DNA from: Schmidtea nova
Lineage: Eukaryota
Reading direction: 5' to 3'
Assembly (NCBI GenBank): GCA_044892505.1
Contig: CM097884.1
Location: 106,702,001-106,766,000, forward strand
Length of the DNA stretch: 64,000 bases
Shown in pieces: positions 1-13,657 of this stretch; within the stretch, counting starts at the first letter, position 1; each line of letters begins with the position of its first letter. A program made the translations under genes and the position numbers. The notes below the pieces were generated by a model that worked only from the letters and a program-made list of their open reading frames with translations, did not search any database and had not been told where the DNA came from.

Positions 1-203
1 GTATTACTACCAACACCATTTTCATCATCAGTATAATACTTATGTTAGTGTTACTACTATCATTATAGTCACTATTATTATTATTATGACTACTATTATC
101 CTTATTATATTATTATTATTATATGATCATTGTCAGGATTTATGATCAAAAATATGTGTATATGTAGATTCGAGGACGAATCTTTTAAAAAAAGGGGGAG
201 ATA

Positions 204-1040
204 TGTTGGGGTTGTGAAAATCACAGAAAATCAATTTAAAATTGCACAAATCAATAAAAATACAAAAATTTTAAAAATAATAATTAATGTTCAAACATTA
301 ATTAAAAATTAATTAAAAATTAAAATAAAGTTTGAGCGGAGGAAACTTGTATGGGAGGATGTCAAATAATGAGACGAATTCGAATATGGGTATATAAAAA
401 TAAAAAGGGGCCCCCAGAAGGAAATAATTAGAAAATACAAATTAATTAAAATAATTAATTATTCTATAGGAAGCCCGAGCTAATGGGAAACGCGAGCTAG
501 TAGGAGATCCGAGCGATGTGGGAAACCCGGGGCATCAGCGAGGTCTTTAAACTATCGAAAAAAAGTGAATGCCCCGGGGAGAGCCGGAAAAACGATTTAC
601 GGCAAAGATCCAATTACGACCAAGTAGGGCTAATCAGATCCGATTACAACCAGCGGATTTGATAATGTACAATTACACCGACAGAATGGCAACACAAAGA
701 TGGTATAAAAATTGAGAGCAAAGTGCCGAAATTGCCAGTTGGTCGAAGATAAATTTTAGGCGTAAAGTGAATCTCAAACCGTTAGAAGATATTTGGAGGA
801 GACGTTGAAAGGAAATCAAAGGTAGAATTTGAACTTAATCTTTTGCGTACCAGAGAGGGAGATATCCCATTGGCTGTTCTACCCTCACGTGAAAAGTGTA
901 GAGCCTGAGTAACTTTTTGTGATAAAGAGTTGTGATCAGTTGAAAAATAAAGAAAGTTATTGTGTTGGGTTTTGTTTATTTTGTAATTGAAAGAGAACAC
1001 AGAAGTCAGAAACTACCGACTTCACACTAATAACCCAACA
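204..1040 (+). mobile_element. LTR (family A, copy 1), probably a 3' LTR
   Basis: TGTTGGG...CCCAACA termini. Polypurine tract AAAAAAAGGGGGAG immediately upstream (187-200). Shares internal motifs (CCCCAGAA, GAAGCCCGAGCTAA, ACCAGA.AGGG, AATAAA..TGTGTTGGG) with the copies at 51850, 54812 and 59761. Confidence 0.75.
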
Positions 1041-1326
1041 ATATATATATATATATATATATATAAAGCTGAAAATTGTATGTATATTTATGATACTTTT
1101 ACTAATAATAATAAAATTTATGTACATATTACTTTCAATTTTAAGTAATACAAAATTATATTAAAATTTAAAATACAAATACAAAAATTACGTACGGACG
1201 TTAGAACATACATTAGTCAGTGGCGTATCTATGGAAGGCGATGGTGTTGGCCGCTTGGGAGCGGCATATTCGCCATGGAATCATCTAGCGCGGTTATTAA
1301 CCCTGAATATACTTACATCTTATATA

Positions 1327-1927
1327 TGTTGCAGTCAAAGCATTCATTTAGTAAATGTATACATTTACTAGCCAATGCATACATTAGCTGAGATCCGTAG
1401 TTAAAGTATTCATTATAATTGAAATGAATGCATTTGCTAGTGGATGTATGCATTCACGGACTGCCTCTAGTCAAAGTGAGTCAAGTGCTGCAGTTTATAG
1501 GGCTGTTTGCACCGTTTGTTGTTTGCTGTTTGTGGTTTTGTATTTTTATGTTTTAAATTTTTATTTTCTTTTATATAGAATGTATATTTATTTATGTGTT
1601 ATTTAAATTTTTACGTTGCATAGTGTATTGTTTAAACTTTTTTAGTAAACAAAATGTTTATCTATTTTAATGTGTTTTCTGAGTTACTTCTTTCATCTGT
1701 TTCATATTTCAAAATTTAATTTTAAAAACTTTACTTTGAAATTCATCAATTAACGCTTTGACTGCAGTGGGTTAGTAACTTCATACATTATCTAGTTAAT
1801 GCATGCATTCACTAGTTAAAGTGTTCATTCCTATAGTGAGCGAACGCTTTGACTGAAATGGGAAGTGAATGTATGCATTGGCTAGTAAATGTATACATTG
1901 GCTGGAATGTACACTTCGACTGCAACA
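1327..1927. mobile_element. MITE inserted in the TA run at the Helitron 5' end
   Basis: TIR TGTTGCAGTC/GACTGCAACA extended by imperfect ~60-bp inverted arms (ATGTATACATTTACTAGCCAATGCATACATT). Flanked by TATA on both sides. Confidence 0.7.
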
Positions 1928-2098
1928 TATATATAAAGCTGATAATTGTATGTATATTTATGACAAAATGACGTCACAACAATAAATATAAAATGGCCAT
2001 GAGCGAAGTTTTTCTTCATCGCCTCAAAATACAGACTAACATTAATAACAAACAGTTTTCCCCAGAAATCTACGATATAACGATATCTAATTTGCAAA

Positions 2099-3628
2099 AT
2101 GTGTGACTTTCTGAGTGGAAAATCTCTCGAACAGCTAGGTATGCTAACGCCACACAGAATACATACCAATGACCTTACTTCTGATATATTACGTGAAACT
2201 TATTACAATTTTCAAGAATTGGCAGATTTTGTTGCAAATAACGAGCATTTATTAGTTCCCGATCAACAAATTGTATATAATAATATATTAAACATGGACC
2301 ATGTTACATGGTGAATTCTAAACAAGGAAGTATAATTTTTCTTGATGCCCCATGGGGCACAGGAAAAACTTTGGTGATCAATTTGATTTTTGCTAAGTTA
2401 CGCTTGCAAAAATATATTGCACTTTCTGTGGCATTATCAGGAATTGCAGCAACCTTGCTTGCCGGAGGAAGTACTGCACATTCCACATTCAAACTTCCTC
2501 TAAATATAATAAGCAATGATAATCCTGTATGTGATATTGCTAAAGGGACGGGAATGGCTCAGGTTCTACAAAAATGCACTATTATTATTTTGGATGAGTG
2601 TACTATGGCACACAAAAGAGCACTAGAAGCATTGGATCGCACACTCCAGGATCTTCGATCTAATAAATCTTTAATGGGTGGAGTTGTTGTTCTAATGGCA
2701 GGTGACTTTCGCCAAATTTTACCCGTTATCCTGCAATCGACAATGGTAGATGAGCTGAATGCGTGTTTGAAAGCATCGTATTTATGGAAACATGTTACGA
2801 CATTACATTTAACTACGAATATGAGAGTTTATCTTGGAGGAAATACTTCAGATGGTTTGTTTGCAGAATGATTACTACAATTAGGGAATGGAAAAGTGCA
2901 GTCTCACTTAAAAACTGGAATGATTCTGTAACTTCAACATCTTTGCAACATAGTTACATCAACAAGTGAATTGATAAATAGTTTTTCTTAATATACATGA
3001 TAACTTTAAAAACCAAAAATGGCTTTGTGTAAGAGCAATTTTATCACCTAAGAATGATAGTGTTCACAGTTTAGACCTTCAAATTCAGGAAATGATACCT
3101 ACCCAAAGTAAACAATTTAAATCCATTGACACAATGACTGGCCCTGCTCAGTCCGTTTTCTATCCGACTGAATTTCTTAATTCGTTAAATCCTTCTGGTT
3201 TTCCTCCTCATAACTTAGATTTGAAAATAGGATCTTCAATTATGTTACTTCGTAACCTAGATACTCCAAAACTTTGCAATGGTACAAGAATGTCAGTCAA
3301 AAATATGTATAATAATATTATTGAAGCAGCAATTTTAACAGGCTGCGCAAAAGGAGAAGATGTTTTCATTCCGTGGATCCCACTCATTCCAAATATTTTA
3401 CCATTTGACTATAAAAAGATTCAATTCCCCTTCAGATTGGCGTTCGCTATGTCGATTAATAAATCGCAGGGCAATCATTGAAAGTAGCTCGGATAAATTT
3501 AGAAAATCCGTGTTTTACCCATGGACAACTTTATTTGGGATGCTCACATGTAGGGAATACTAAAACTGTATGTGTTTGCAAAAGCTGGGTTAACAAAAAA
3601 TATTGTATACCAGAAGGCACTCCAATAA
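2099..3628 (+). pseudogene. Helitron PIF1-like helicase, frameshifted
   Basis: DAPWGTGKT (Walker A with G>W), TAHSTFKLP, ILDECTM, GDFRQILPV, LLRNLD..LCNGTR, QFP.RLAFAMSINKSQG spread over several frames. Confidence 0.9.
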
Positions 3629-4047
3629 TTTTGTATTAAATTTTTTATTTTGTTAAATTTTATTGTTACTTTTTCACCTAATGCGTAAGCTAAAGACCAA
3701 TTGTTAAAATTAAACAACCTGTTGATTCAAAGTAATTGAAAATAAAAGTGTTTAAACAATTTTTTGCTTTCATTAATTTAATCCTCCTCCTCCCAGAGCG
3801 ACGTCCGGTATTAAAGCTAGTATATATATATATATATATATAGAAGAATTTTATTATGAATTTCTAAAAGTTTAAAAATTTGAAACAATAACTAACCATA
3901 TGTTTACTATGAATATATAAGTATTTCCAATTATTTATCTATGTAACTAGATGATAAATGTTTTTTAAATTAGGCTGATAAGAACAATAAATAAAATGTA
4001 ATTTGTACTCTTCTAATAAAAAATATTCTTATATTATCGAAAATGAT

Positions 4048-4272
4048 TTAAATGTTCAGATAAAATAAATACTTTAAAATTACTAAATCTCTGGAAATCA
4101 TTTTCCCAAACCAAGATATGTACCTAGAATTCTTTTTCCAATAACTTTTAATTGCTAGTCTTTTAGTTATACTCATCTCCAGTAAAACTTCAGTGAAAGC
4201 TTTCACTTTATGTACTGTTATTGGCGTCCACCTTTCTGCCTGTGAATCTAATAATACAATTACTAAATTCAA
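4048..4272 (-). pseudogene. piggyBac transposase remnant
   Basis: WTPITVHKVKAFTEVLLEM...SYW...WFGKMISRD resembles the PGBD N-terminal block WxxVTxxEMKAFIG...YW...FxxxMSRxRF. Confidence 0.55.
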
Positions 4273-4859
4273 AAACTGAAAAACATATCAATTTGTTTCT
4301 TTTACGATATTTTCGTGCAGTTATGTATGTTAGGGATAGGCCCTTGACTTTAAACATAAAAGAATTTTATAATACTTAACCCATTGACACACGAAGCCGG
4401 CGAATCGCCAATCTGTCTTTGCGTAATCATTTTATGTATAAAAAAATCATAGACAACAACTTTATTCATGTAAATATCGTTGATAAAATAATTACGAATA
4501 ATATATTGATGAAAAAATATCGAAGAAAAAATTATTGAAGAAAACAATAGTGGAGGAATGGGCTAAAATAGAAAAATTACAAAAATCGGAATAAATAATT
4601 AATTTATATAGATTTAAATATTAATTAATTACCCAGAAAAGAAATAGACTGTGATCCATTACTAAAAATATATTTTGGGCTACCTTTGGTAATTGAAATT
4701 ATCATTAAACTAAATATATTAATTTTTCGGTTACTAATAAAAATAATTAAATTTTATTTTATTTTATTTTTAATATAAAAGCTCGGGTAAAACACTGTAA
4801 GATCATAAGACACAAGAACGAGATACACTTACATTTTATTTCAAACTTTAACACTGTAC

Positions 4860-6270
4860 TAAGATCAATGTCTTCTACTCCAGATCAAGAGGTATTATGA
4901 AGTCTAATAACTCTTGTTCGGGTCGATCGATTAGTCCATCTACTTGCTGATTGAAGTGATAGCAAAATCAACCGAGGTCTATTTTGCTGATTTGGCTTGG
5001 AGCGTTTAAATTTTGTCTTAGCCAGCTTTGGTATTTAATTTGTTTATTAGATCGGAACACTTGGATTCGGGTCTCTTCCCATTAGAAGTTCGTTTATGGG
5101 GTGGACACGCAAAGCCAATTCCTTTGTAACAAAGGTTCATTCAAGGCCTCTTTACAATTACGAAGCTCCATCCTCGTAGTCCATAGGCAAGCTTGTAATG
5201 TATCTTTGACTTTCATCATCCGAATCAGCTTCTCATTTAGCATTTTCACTGGATGCGGTAAAAATAGGTGGTCTCTAATTTTTTTTCTGATCTTTGCGTT
5301 GCCATGGCTCTTGTTGTTTAATGCGTTTGGAATTAACCATTGGTATCATGTAATTTATAAAAAACACAAAACAAGCCTTAAGCTGGTTAAAACTTTGATC
5401 TCCTACTCTCCTAATTACAAGTACTAATTACTAGTACTTGTCATTTTACGCCAATACTACATTTATTTTACAATAATTTTTACTCCCGTTCCTCTCACTT
5501 TTATTATTTGACAACATGTGACCAAAACTAAGGAAACAAAAAAAATTATTAGCGAATAACAAATTTTATCAGTTCTTTCTTTGCCTTGGGCCATCACATC
5601 CTCGCCCTTGTCTAAGTTTCGGTTCTGTACTCTGGCGCCGCACATCGCACAGAACGTTCGAAAAAACCGTTAGATTCATGGCTTGATGACGGAATATTCT
5701 AAAGTTTCCAGCATCCCCATAGCTCATTTTTTCAACACTTCATAATTGGGAGTTCCTTCCTAGTTGACTTTTAAATGGAAAGTTCACTCCTCGTTGCCTA
5801 ACCAAGTGATTCTTTTTCCTTCTTGTTCACAATCTAGAGTTGAAGGTCTAGTTTCTTACTAATTCAGCAGGAGTCATTGTAACTGGTTTTAGTGAGGTTG
5901 GTATAATCAATTGTCAATTTGGGTCGGTGCTCTTGCTCTTACTTTACTATATTTTCTAAACAATTCCGACATTAACCTGTGGACAAATTATTCAAATCAC
6001 TACTAAATTTATGCTTGATTTTTTGCAGAAATTTCCCAAAAAAATTCGATTATCTCGGAACCAAAATCTAAGCTATATCTTCAGTATGTCATCTACTAGA
6101 CTCTTACCTTTATGGTGTAGTCAATTCTTATTAACTCCTATTTATCCCATCGCAATTGTTTTTTATTTAGTTCCAACTGTCCGTCCGCTAATTCCCTATT
6201 TGGAATTAGAGTCCAGATAATTGGTAACCCCTCAACGACTCATTAGGGCATCGGAGGCTAGCCATTTAGA
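4860..6270 (-). pseudogene. Highly decayed LTR-retrotransposon pol remnant
   Basis: Scattered RNase H-like NYEVLKK*AMGMLETLEY and RT-like ITWLG peptides. PBS-like TGGCTAGCCTCCG near 6253-6264. Confidence 0.3.
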
Positions 6271-7179
6271 TAAGAGAACAAAATCAAAATAATAAACTAA
6301 TAACCGAATTAATTTCCAAATTTATATACAAAGAAATACTTCGATGACATTTATGATGTATTAGTAAAAACTAATGGAAAAATATGCTTTAAACTAGGAA
6401 AAGTTATGAAAGTTCGTATGGTAATATAAAAGTTATGATTGCGGAACGCTTTACATACTAAATCGGGTTGTTTTACCCCTACAATATTTTACTTAAATTA
6501 CGGTTATTAATATTTTATTAATATTTTATTTCGTTTTAATTGTTGAATATTTTTTTTCATTTTTATTATTATTTTATTGATCCTAATTTTTATATTTAAT
6601 TTATCATTCTCGTTTCCATTAGCAACTCTTATCGTCTTTCTATTGATTTTTTTGTTTTTATTGTTTAATAATTCTCAATTTATTTTCTTTTTGTCTCCAT
6701 TTGTTTATCCATATTCTATTTCCATTGCTTTCTTTCTTTCTATTCTTTTAATTAGATTTATTTGTTTTACGTTTGCGTTCTGCATGAATTTCCTTTGTTT
6801 AAATTGTCGTCGAGCGTTCTGGGCCAACAAAATTGTTGAAATAAAAGACATTGCTTGTTTAGATATTGATGATTTTTTTCTTTTGATAAAATTCAATTTA
6901 TTACTTACTTTTTCTTTTTGAGTTTTTGATTGATTTCAAAATAATTTATATGTAAACCACCACAGCATAATTCGATATAAACAGTAATTATCGTCTTGTG
7001 GGAGACTGGTGCGACTGATTTAAAAACAAAATAATGGTTTCCTCATCAAGTGAAAAAAATTGAAGAGTTGTCATATGATGACTTATCTTTTAAACATCTA
7101 ATTGTGTTGCTGAACATGAAATTTTCATTGTAAAAGATAGCACTGAATTACAATATTTACAGCCTTAAATATTCTTCGC

Positions 7180-7745
7180 GTGAAACCAGGCTCCACTACA
7201 TATCCATGTACGTGCATCGAATTTGGTCACCGTTAAAATCTCTTTGAATGAAGCAATTTTACATTATATAAAAGAGTGCATCGAATATGAAGTTTGAATA
7301 GTATTGTTGAGGGGTTGGGATCTTACGTTCTCATGCTTAGAAGCTTTCATTGGGTTGGCATGTGCTATTGGTATTTTAGGAGCCAACAAATGTTCAATAA
7401 AATCTCTTTACTCTAAGGATTATTAGAGTTGCATATTTGAGTCAAATCTGTCGAGATTATACAATTTATACCTTTATATTATACATTTACTTCAATTTGA
7501 TTTTAAGCAAACCAGTAGAGGAAAATTATAGTCGTCCAAATTTGAAATGATTTCTCATATTTTGGACGAGATGAAGAACATCTTGTGAATCAACTATTAG
7601 CTGATTATGAGGTCAAGCCGTTAATTAAAAGCTATTTAGAAATTGAATACAATTATTACAGATAATTTCATACACCTTTCTGTCACTTTAAACTTATCCC
7701 TTGAGAATAAAACTTTCATCGGAACAATACATCTAAATCGATACA
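7180..7745 (+). pseudogene. piggyBac transposase remnant
   Basis: GWDLTFSCLEAFIGLACAIGILG, LQFD, TIITDNF and TFIGTIHLNR motifs with stops and frameshifts. Confidence 0.6.
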
Positions 7746-7763
7746 CAATAATTTAAATGTAAA

Positions 7764-8009
7764 ATTTCAGGTCGTGGAAAAGGGTTTGGTAAAGGTGGAG
7801 CTAAGTGTCATAGAAAAGTTTTGAGAGACAAAAACCAAGGCATTACTAAGCTAGCTATTAGAATATTAATTCGTAGATGTTGTGTCAAACTAATTTCTGG
7901 TGTCATTTATGAATAAAATCGAGTTTTTTTTAAGGTTTTTCTTGAAAACGTTATAAGAGATGACTGATATATTGTCTATGCTCTTAAACGACAAAGTTTT
8001 GGAGTTTAG
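7764..8009 (+). pseudogene. H4: Histone H4 pseudogene
   Basis: Translates [64 protein letters not shown][deletion]IVYALKRQSFGV*. No ATG, an internal stop and deletions. Confidence 0.9.
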
Positions 8010-8699
8010 ATGTATTTATTTTTAACAGAATAAAATTCTTATCATTGTTAATTACATACAAAACCACAAAAACCGATTGAAACACGAAAAGTAGGCCGAT
8101 CGGAACGACAAACCTTCACTTGATTCCATTTGTTCTTCATTAAAAATTCCATGTGTTCTTTATACATAACTGCTTAAAATCATTTTGAAAAAGAAAATGA
8201 AAACAATATTCACTGTGAAAAAGTTTATTAATTTCCAAATTAAAAATTAACAGAACTCAGTTTCAATCCAAACTCCATTCGAAATTTAAAAATAAAATTA
8301 AAATTCTGAACTGATTAGATGCACCAAACAAAAATGAAGCACAATCATTATCTGCAAGGACACGATTAAAAACATACATTTGTGCAATTCAAAAATGCAC
8401 ACATTGAATTGGCTATTCTATCATTTGACACATGTGTGACAATGTCGTCTTTTATTTCTCAACACTCGTATTATTTCTTTCTATTCATACAAAATGTTTC
8501 CTTCACTATCTTTGCCATCCTCCCCTATCATCATCTTCGTAACCTTTTAAATTGTCATTTACCAAAATCGTTCTTATCTAGCATCCATTTTTTTAATTTA
8601 TGTTCCTCATAGTTCTATTTTGCTCATGCTCTCAATAGATTTATTAATTATTTCATCCTTCGGATACAGAATTGTCGACATAATTCCTGAATTCTCTTC

Positions 8700-10420
8700 C
8701 ATCTCACATAAGTGTACATTCCAGTCTTTTCATTTACTTTAATAAGGGATTCCGCTTTCTATCCTGCGTTTTTTTTTGAGTAATCAATGTATCTTCCATG
8801 CTCTCATCACTGTAAATCAAATGTGGTTGAGAGTTTAACAAAATCTCTTCGATTTCACAAACATATTGGTCATTGAATTTTGCATTAAATAGCACTTCAT
8901 TCGTTGCGCGTTTTGTCGACTTTATTAACGACTCAAGAACTCTTCCATGGTGAAGAACAGGTGGTGGATTAATGTCCAGTTCCTTGAAAATTCCTTTATG
9001 ATCTAATAAAAAGTTCTTTACTTGTGACTGCGTTCCAACAAAGTTAGTCTCATTGTCTGATAGCATCAACTTTGGCATTCCGTGTTTTCCGGCAAACCGT
9101 AAAAATGTTCTAATGAACGCATTTGTATCAAGTACGTAAGCCATTTCCATGTGGACCGCTCTTGTTTTCATAAATACAAATAGGCATAAACACTTTGTTG
9201 CGAGATCGGCCTCGACCAACTCTATTCTTACACGGCCATGCAAAAATCAACCGCTTTATGCACAAATGCTCGTAGAGGTTTCGTTGTTTTAAACGCTGGG
9301 AGCAGAGCCATAATCTTTGTTCTTTATCTTGCTCTTCTCTGACATCTAGTACATTCTGTTTCACATTTTTTATTAATTTTCTTGCTTTCAAAATCCATTT
9401 AAAATCTCATTGATAAAATTCAACATATTTTGTACTCCTTCATAATGGTTCAGTCTTTCAGGATAATCCTGTGCAATAAGCTTTGTGATCCAAATCTTAT
9501 CTGATAGAATTAGCGAAAACTTGGTTAATATGCGGCTCCCATGATTAATACGTAACATGTACAATTCAGCTCTTACTTCTCAGCAATCTTTCAGATTCCA
9601 ATATCGGTGTAAGTTTACTTAAATTCTTTAGGCATTTTTTCTCTTCCTTAAAGTATTTTCCTTGGTCCTCCCGAACAGTTTTAACCGTATTGAGCTTAAC
9701 TCATCAACGGACAGATCCCCTTTCATTCGTTTAGTTTCTTTTCCTTTTGTATATTGAATAAATCTTTCGATCCAGGCTCGAACTCTAACCAATCTTTTCC
9801 ACGAAGAGAATGTTTCTACTTCAGAGCAATTCGTATTATCTTTCCAAATTTGGTTATCCTTTCTTGACATTAAAGTAATTTCTTTTTATTCCTTTGACGG
9901 TGCTGTATTCAACATTGGCCTTCTTCTGATTTTTTAAGGAACTTCGGTCCAATGCACTAAGGTTCATTTCACACCAAATCCCTGACAGTATTCCTATGGA
10001 TATTACATTTGCGGGATTTTTTTTTCGTTGGAATGTATTTCCATTTAGATATGTTCGTTTTCTTTTGAGTAAAACCAATTCTATTGGTAACAAATGGTTT
10101 AAACTTTCTCGCGTAATTTCGGATCCAGTAAATCAAAACCTGGCTGTCCTACAAGTAAAACTTTTTGTTTTATTCCTTTGCTAAGATTACCGACATGTTT
10201 AACGCTAATTTGACTTCTATATAAGCCGCCATCAGTTCTATTCTTGGGATGCTTACAATTTGTATGAGTACCACTTTAGTCTCAGATGCTTTGAGTATTA
10301 ATCAAATTCCCATTCTTAAATAAATTATCTAGCCAAAGTGTTTTTCGACGCATCAAAGAAAATATGCCAAGATTGTTTGCATCATCAATCCATTTCCGTA
10401 CTTCTTAAAATAAATCTTGA
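8700..10420 (-). mobile_element. Bel/Pao LTR retrotransposon pol remnant (RNase H/peptidase A17 region and integrase)
   Basis: HIFFDAS, SIPRIELMAA, FVANRI, NPA, FSSWKRLVRVRAW and TRAVHMEM...FLRF...SDNETNFVG motifs with many frameshifts. Confidence 0.85.
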
Positions 10421-11618
10421 AGTAGTTTATCATTTTAATCAATACCCATAACCGTTAAATATCATTTTTCGACGGTCATGGATATTGTTCCCATTATTGG
10501 TTAGATATGTAATTTATTCTCTCATTGATCTGGAGCATACCGATCGGAATTCATGGGTTTTGTCCCTGTCCTATAGATGTTTGGATTTATTATGATGACA
10601 TAAAACTATAAAATGAAACCAGTCATTCATCTTACATGGAGAAAATTGACCTATAAACCTTTGAAAATTTCCATTTTTTATCAAAATGTCAATCTTACAC
10701 CGGATTAGTTGCCTGAGATATGATGTGATATTCTTTATCTACCTTTGCTATTGCTGGATCTATTCGATCGATCCTAAATGGCCGAATTATTAAAAAGTAC
10801 AAAGCGGAGTAATCCTTCAATAGCAACAATAATAGTAAAGTGTGACTGAGTTGATTAATAACGAAAGCGCATACATATGGCATACAGATGCATTTCAACC
10901 GCTTGCATGTTTAGACCAAGCATTTATTGTTTACTTCAAAGGGACTACAAAATAAATTGATTGCAGACTTTTTATCCAATGACTTGTGGATGAATTGTTT
11001 AGTGGATTCCTCCTCAGAATGATACCAAATCATTAAAAAATAACAGACAGCTTATAAAACGAAAGCTATGTTAAACATTTTAGTATTGCGATAAATCATC
11101 GTCATTTTGTAATAAATGTGGACAGGTGGTGTGGGGAACATACCACCTTGGTGTGATATTTAATGAGGTGATTGTTATGAAATATTTTAGTGTTAATATT
11201 CAAAATTGACACTGTTATCATAACAATTACTATTATTCGTTCAAAATGACAGCTTCCTCATTTCCAGTGTTAACTAATTTAAAATTGTTTATTGTTCGTT
11301 GTTAGGGTGTAAATGAATTATTATATATTAAATTAATAAATAAAAGTAATTAATGATATAATTATTATTATTGAGAAATTCGTAAAGTTGTTTTATTAAA
11401 TTAAGCAGCGAAAGATTTCTTATTTAATAAATTTGATATTATTCTTAACATTCTTCACCTTTGATTTTTTTTCAATATTTTTTATTTTTTTTGACAATAA
11501 ACCAAAAAATTTTTGAACTTTTGTGTAAAAACCTGGATAAAAATTAAATTCAAAACATAACACAACAAACATGGTACTAAAATAATTAAAAACAAACGCC
11601 AATCCAAATATATATTCT

Positions 11619-11659
11619 GCACAATATATTTCGAGAACTTAATTCTCTTCATCAGGTGC
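11619..11659 (-). ncRNA. Minimal type I hammerhead ribozyme
   Basis: GCAC CTGATGA A GAGAA ttaag TTCTC GAA ATATAT T GTGC: stem I GCAC/GTGC, core CUGAUGA and GAAA, stem II GAGAA/TTCTC, palindromic stem III. Confidence 0.7.
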
Positions 11660-12455
11660 TACTCAATCTTCCATTCAAATATAAATCAAATAAAATGATT
11701 TATGAAACACATTAATAATAATTTTTAAAATAAAATGCATTTTATAAATTTTATAAAATAGTCAAAAAATTTAAAAACCATTAAAAATTTTTAATTTAAA
11801 TTAATTAATCTTAAAAATTTAATACTCTCTTTTTTATAAAAAAAAATATTTTTTTAAGAATATTTATAAATATTTTCATATTTATAAACAACATAATGAC
11901 TGAAAACAAAATCTATAATCCCCAAATGAAAATGCTCTAATACTCAAGTACAGAAAAGTCTTCTCCAAAGTATGTGGCATTTCGCCCATGACATTTGAAA
12001 TATTAAACGAGTATAGAACACAAATCAAAAGAAAAAATAAACATCGTCAACAATCACATCAATAAATATACTCAAACCGCAAAAAATGAGGCAAACACAC
12101 GCACTCAAAACTCTCACACTCACATATTCACAAACATCGATATGACTGAAAACAACACTAAATCCCATTAATTGACTCCGCTCTGAAACTTGAATACAGA
12201 GAATATTTGTTTTCAGTCATTATGTTGTTTATAAATATGAAAATATTTATAAATATTCTTAAAAAAATATTTTTTTATAAAAAAGAGAATATTATATTTT
12301 TAAGATTAATTTATGTAAATTAAAAATTTTTTAATCGTTTTTAAATTTTTTGACTATTTTGTAGAATTTATAAAATGCATTTTATTTTAAAAATTAATAT
12401 TAATTTGTTTGGAAAATCAATTTATTTAATTTATATTTGAATGGAAGATTGAGTA

Positions 12456-12495
12456 GTACCTGATGAAGAGAATTAGTTCTCGAAATATATTGTGC
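12456..12495 (+). ncRNA. Minimal type I hammerhead ribozyme
   Basis: GTAC CTGATGA A GAGAA ttag TTCTC GAA ATATAT T GTGC; stem I retained with one G-U pair. Confidence 0.7.
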
Positions 12496-13573
12496 AGAAT
12501 ATATATTTTGATTGACGTTTGTTTTTAAAAGTTCAATTGTTTTACTTTTAGCAGCCTAGAGATTATAAAATTGTAGGATCAGTAAAAATTTGGTCGGTTT
12601 CCTTATTGAAACCCTGGAAGAAAGAAATCTCATCGCAATAAATAACGAAAACTTATGATTTATAAGATTTTTTACTTTCATCCAAAAATTTTATATTATG
12701 GTCGAAAACAGTTGTATTATAGAATTTTGTTTGATGAAAGTTTTGTGAGAATAATATCTACTGCCGATCAGTTATAAGAAAGACGTTTCCCTAGTAAAAC
12801 TTACCTCGTTGAATATTAAATGTGATTGTTGTCTGGTGGTATAAAACAGAATTGTGGTATAAAATGTTGAAAAAAACAAATTCGAGTGTAAGATCAGTAT
12901 TTTCGAGAAACAGAAAGGTCAATTCAAAAATCGAAATATTTTTTTAAATCGGTTGGGGTCGCCAAACACTGATTCCACAATTACAAACAATATATAATAA
13001 TCTTTTTTATTTTATTAAAGCTAATTAGTATGCTTTAATAATCTTTTTATAAAATGTAGATGACTCTCATGCAACGAAGGATATTTTCAAAGCTTCACAA
13101 TTCGTGTCTCGAGAAACACCATACGAAAAATTCACCACACTAATAAATTATGAATTATCGAGACATTCAGATAAAGATGATAGTAGAAGGTTAAATGACG
13201 ATAAAGAAATGAAATTGTTTTGAATTGGTTTTCATTTTCAATATACTACTCTAGTTATTATTTTTTATTGGAATAATTTCTTTTTTTCAATAATTTTAAA
13301 ATGTTTCATGCACTTGGAATGTTTATTCGAATATTTAAATTGTATTTAATGTTCCTAGAGTCAGTTGATTATTAATACCCGAATTAATACTAGTGGCGTA
13401 GTTAGGGTCTGTGACACCCCGGTTGATCTTTAACTTTGTCATCTACTTAGCAATATCTAATACAAAATCTGGCCTTCTAAATATCTGTAACTCAATTAAT
13501 GTGCCAAAACTTTACTGAACACACGGACCTCTTTGAATCCACTAGCTATGCTATATACCCTTCGCATATTAAA

Positions 13574-13577
<4 letters not shown>

Positions 13578-13654
<77 letters not shown>
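13578..13654. repeat. (TA)n microsatellite
   Basis: Direct observation. Other (TA)n runs lie at 1041-1064, 3821-3842 and 17832-17887. Confidence 0.95.

Positions 13655-13657
<3 letters not shown>

Larger units (their letters stand above)
1318..3820 (+). mobile_element. Internally deleted Helitron
   Basis: A|TC 5' end followed by a TA run and AAAGCTG. 3' end CCAGAGCGACGTCCGG...CTAG|T. PIF1 helicase fragments inside; no Rep/HUH domain seen. Confidence 0.8.
11586..12528. repeat. ~320-bp inverted repeat pair (arms ~11586-11909 and ~12206-12528); probable Penelope-like pseudo-LTRs
   Basis: The arms are close reverse complements and each carries a hammerhead motif. Confidence 0.8.

Noticed and set aside
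6577-6921. Hydrophobic 114-aa ORF
   Set aside because: A T-rich low-complexity sequence artefact.
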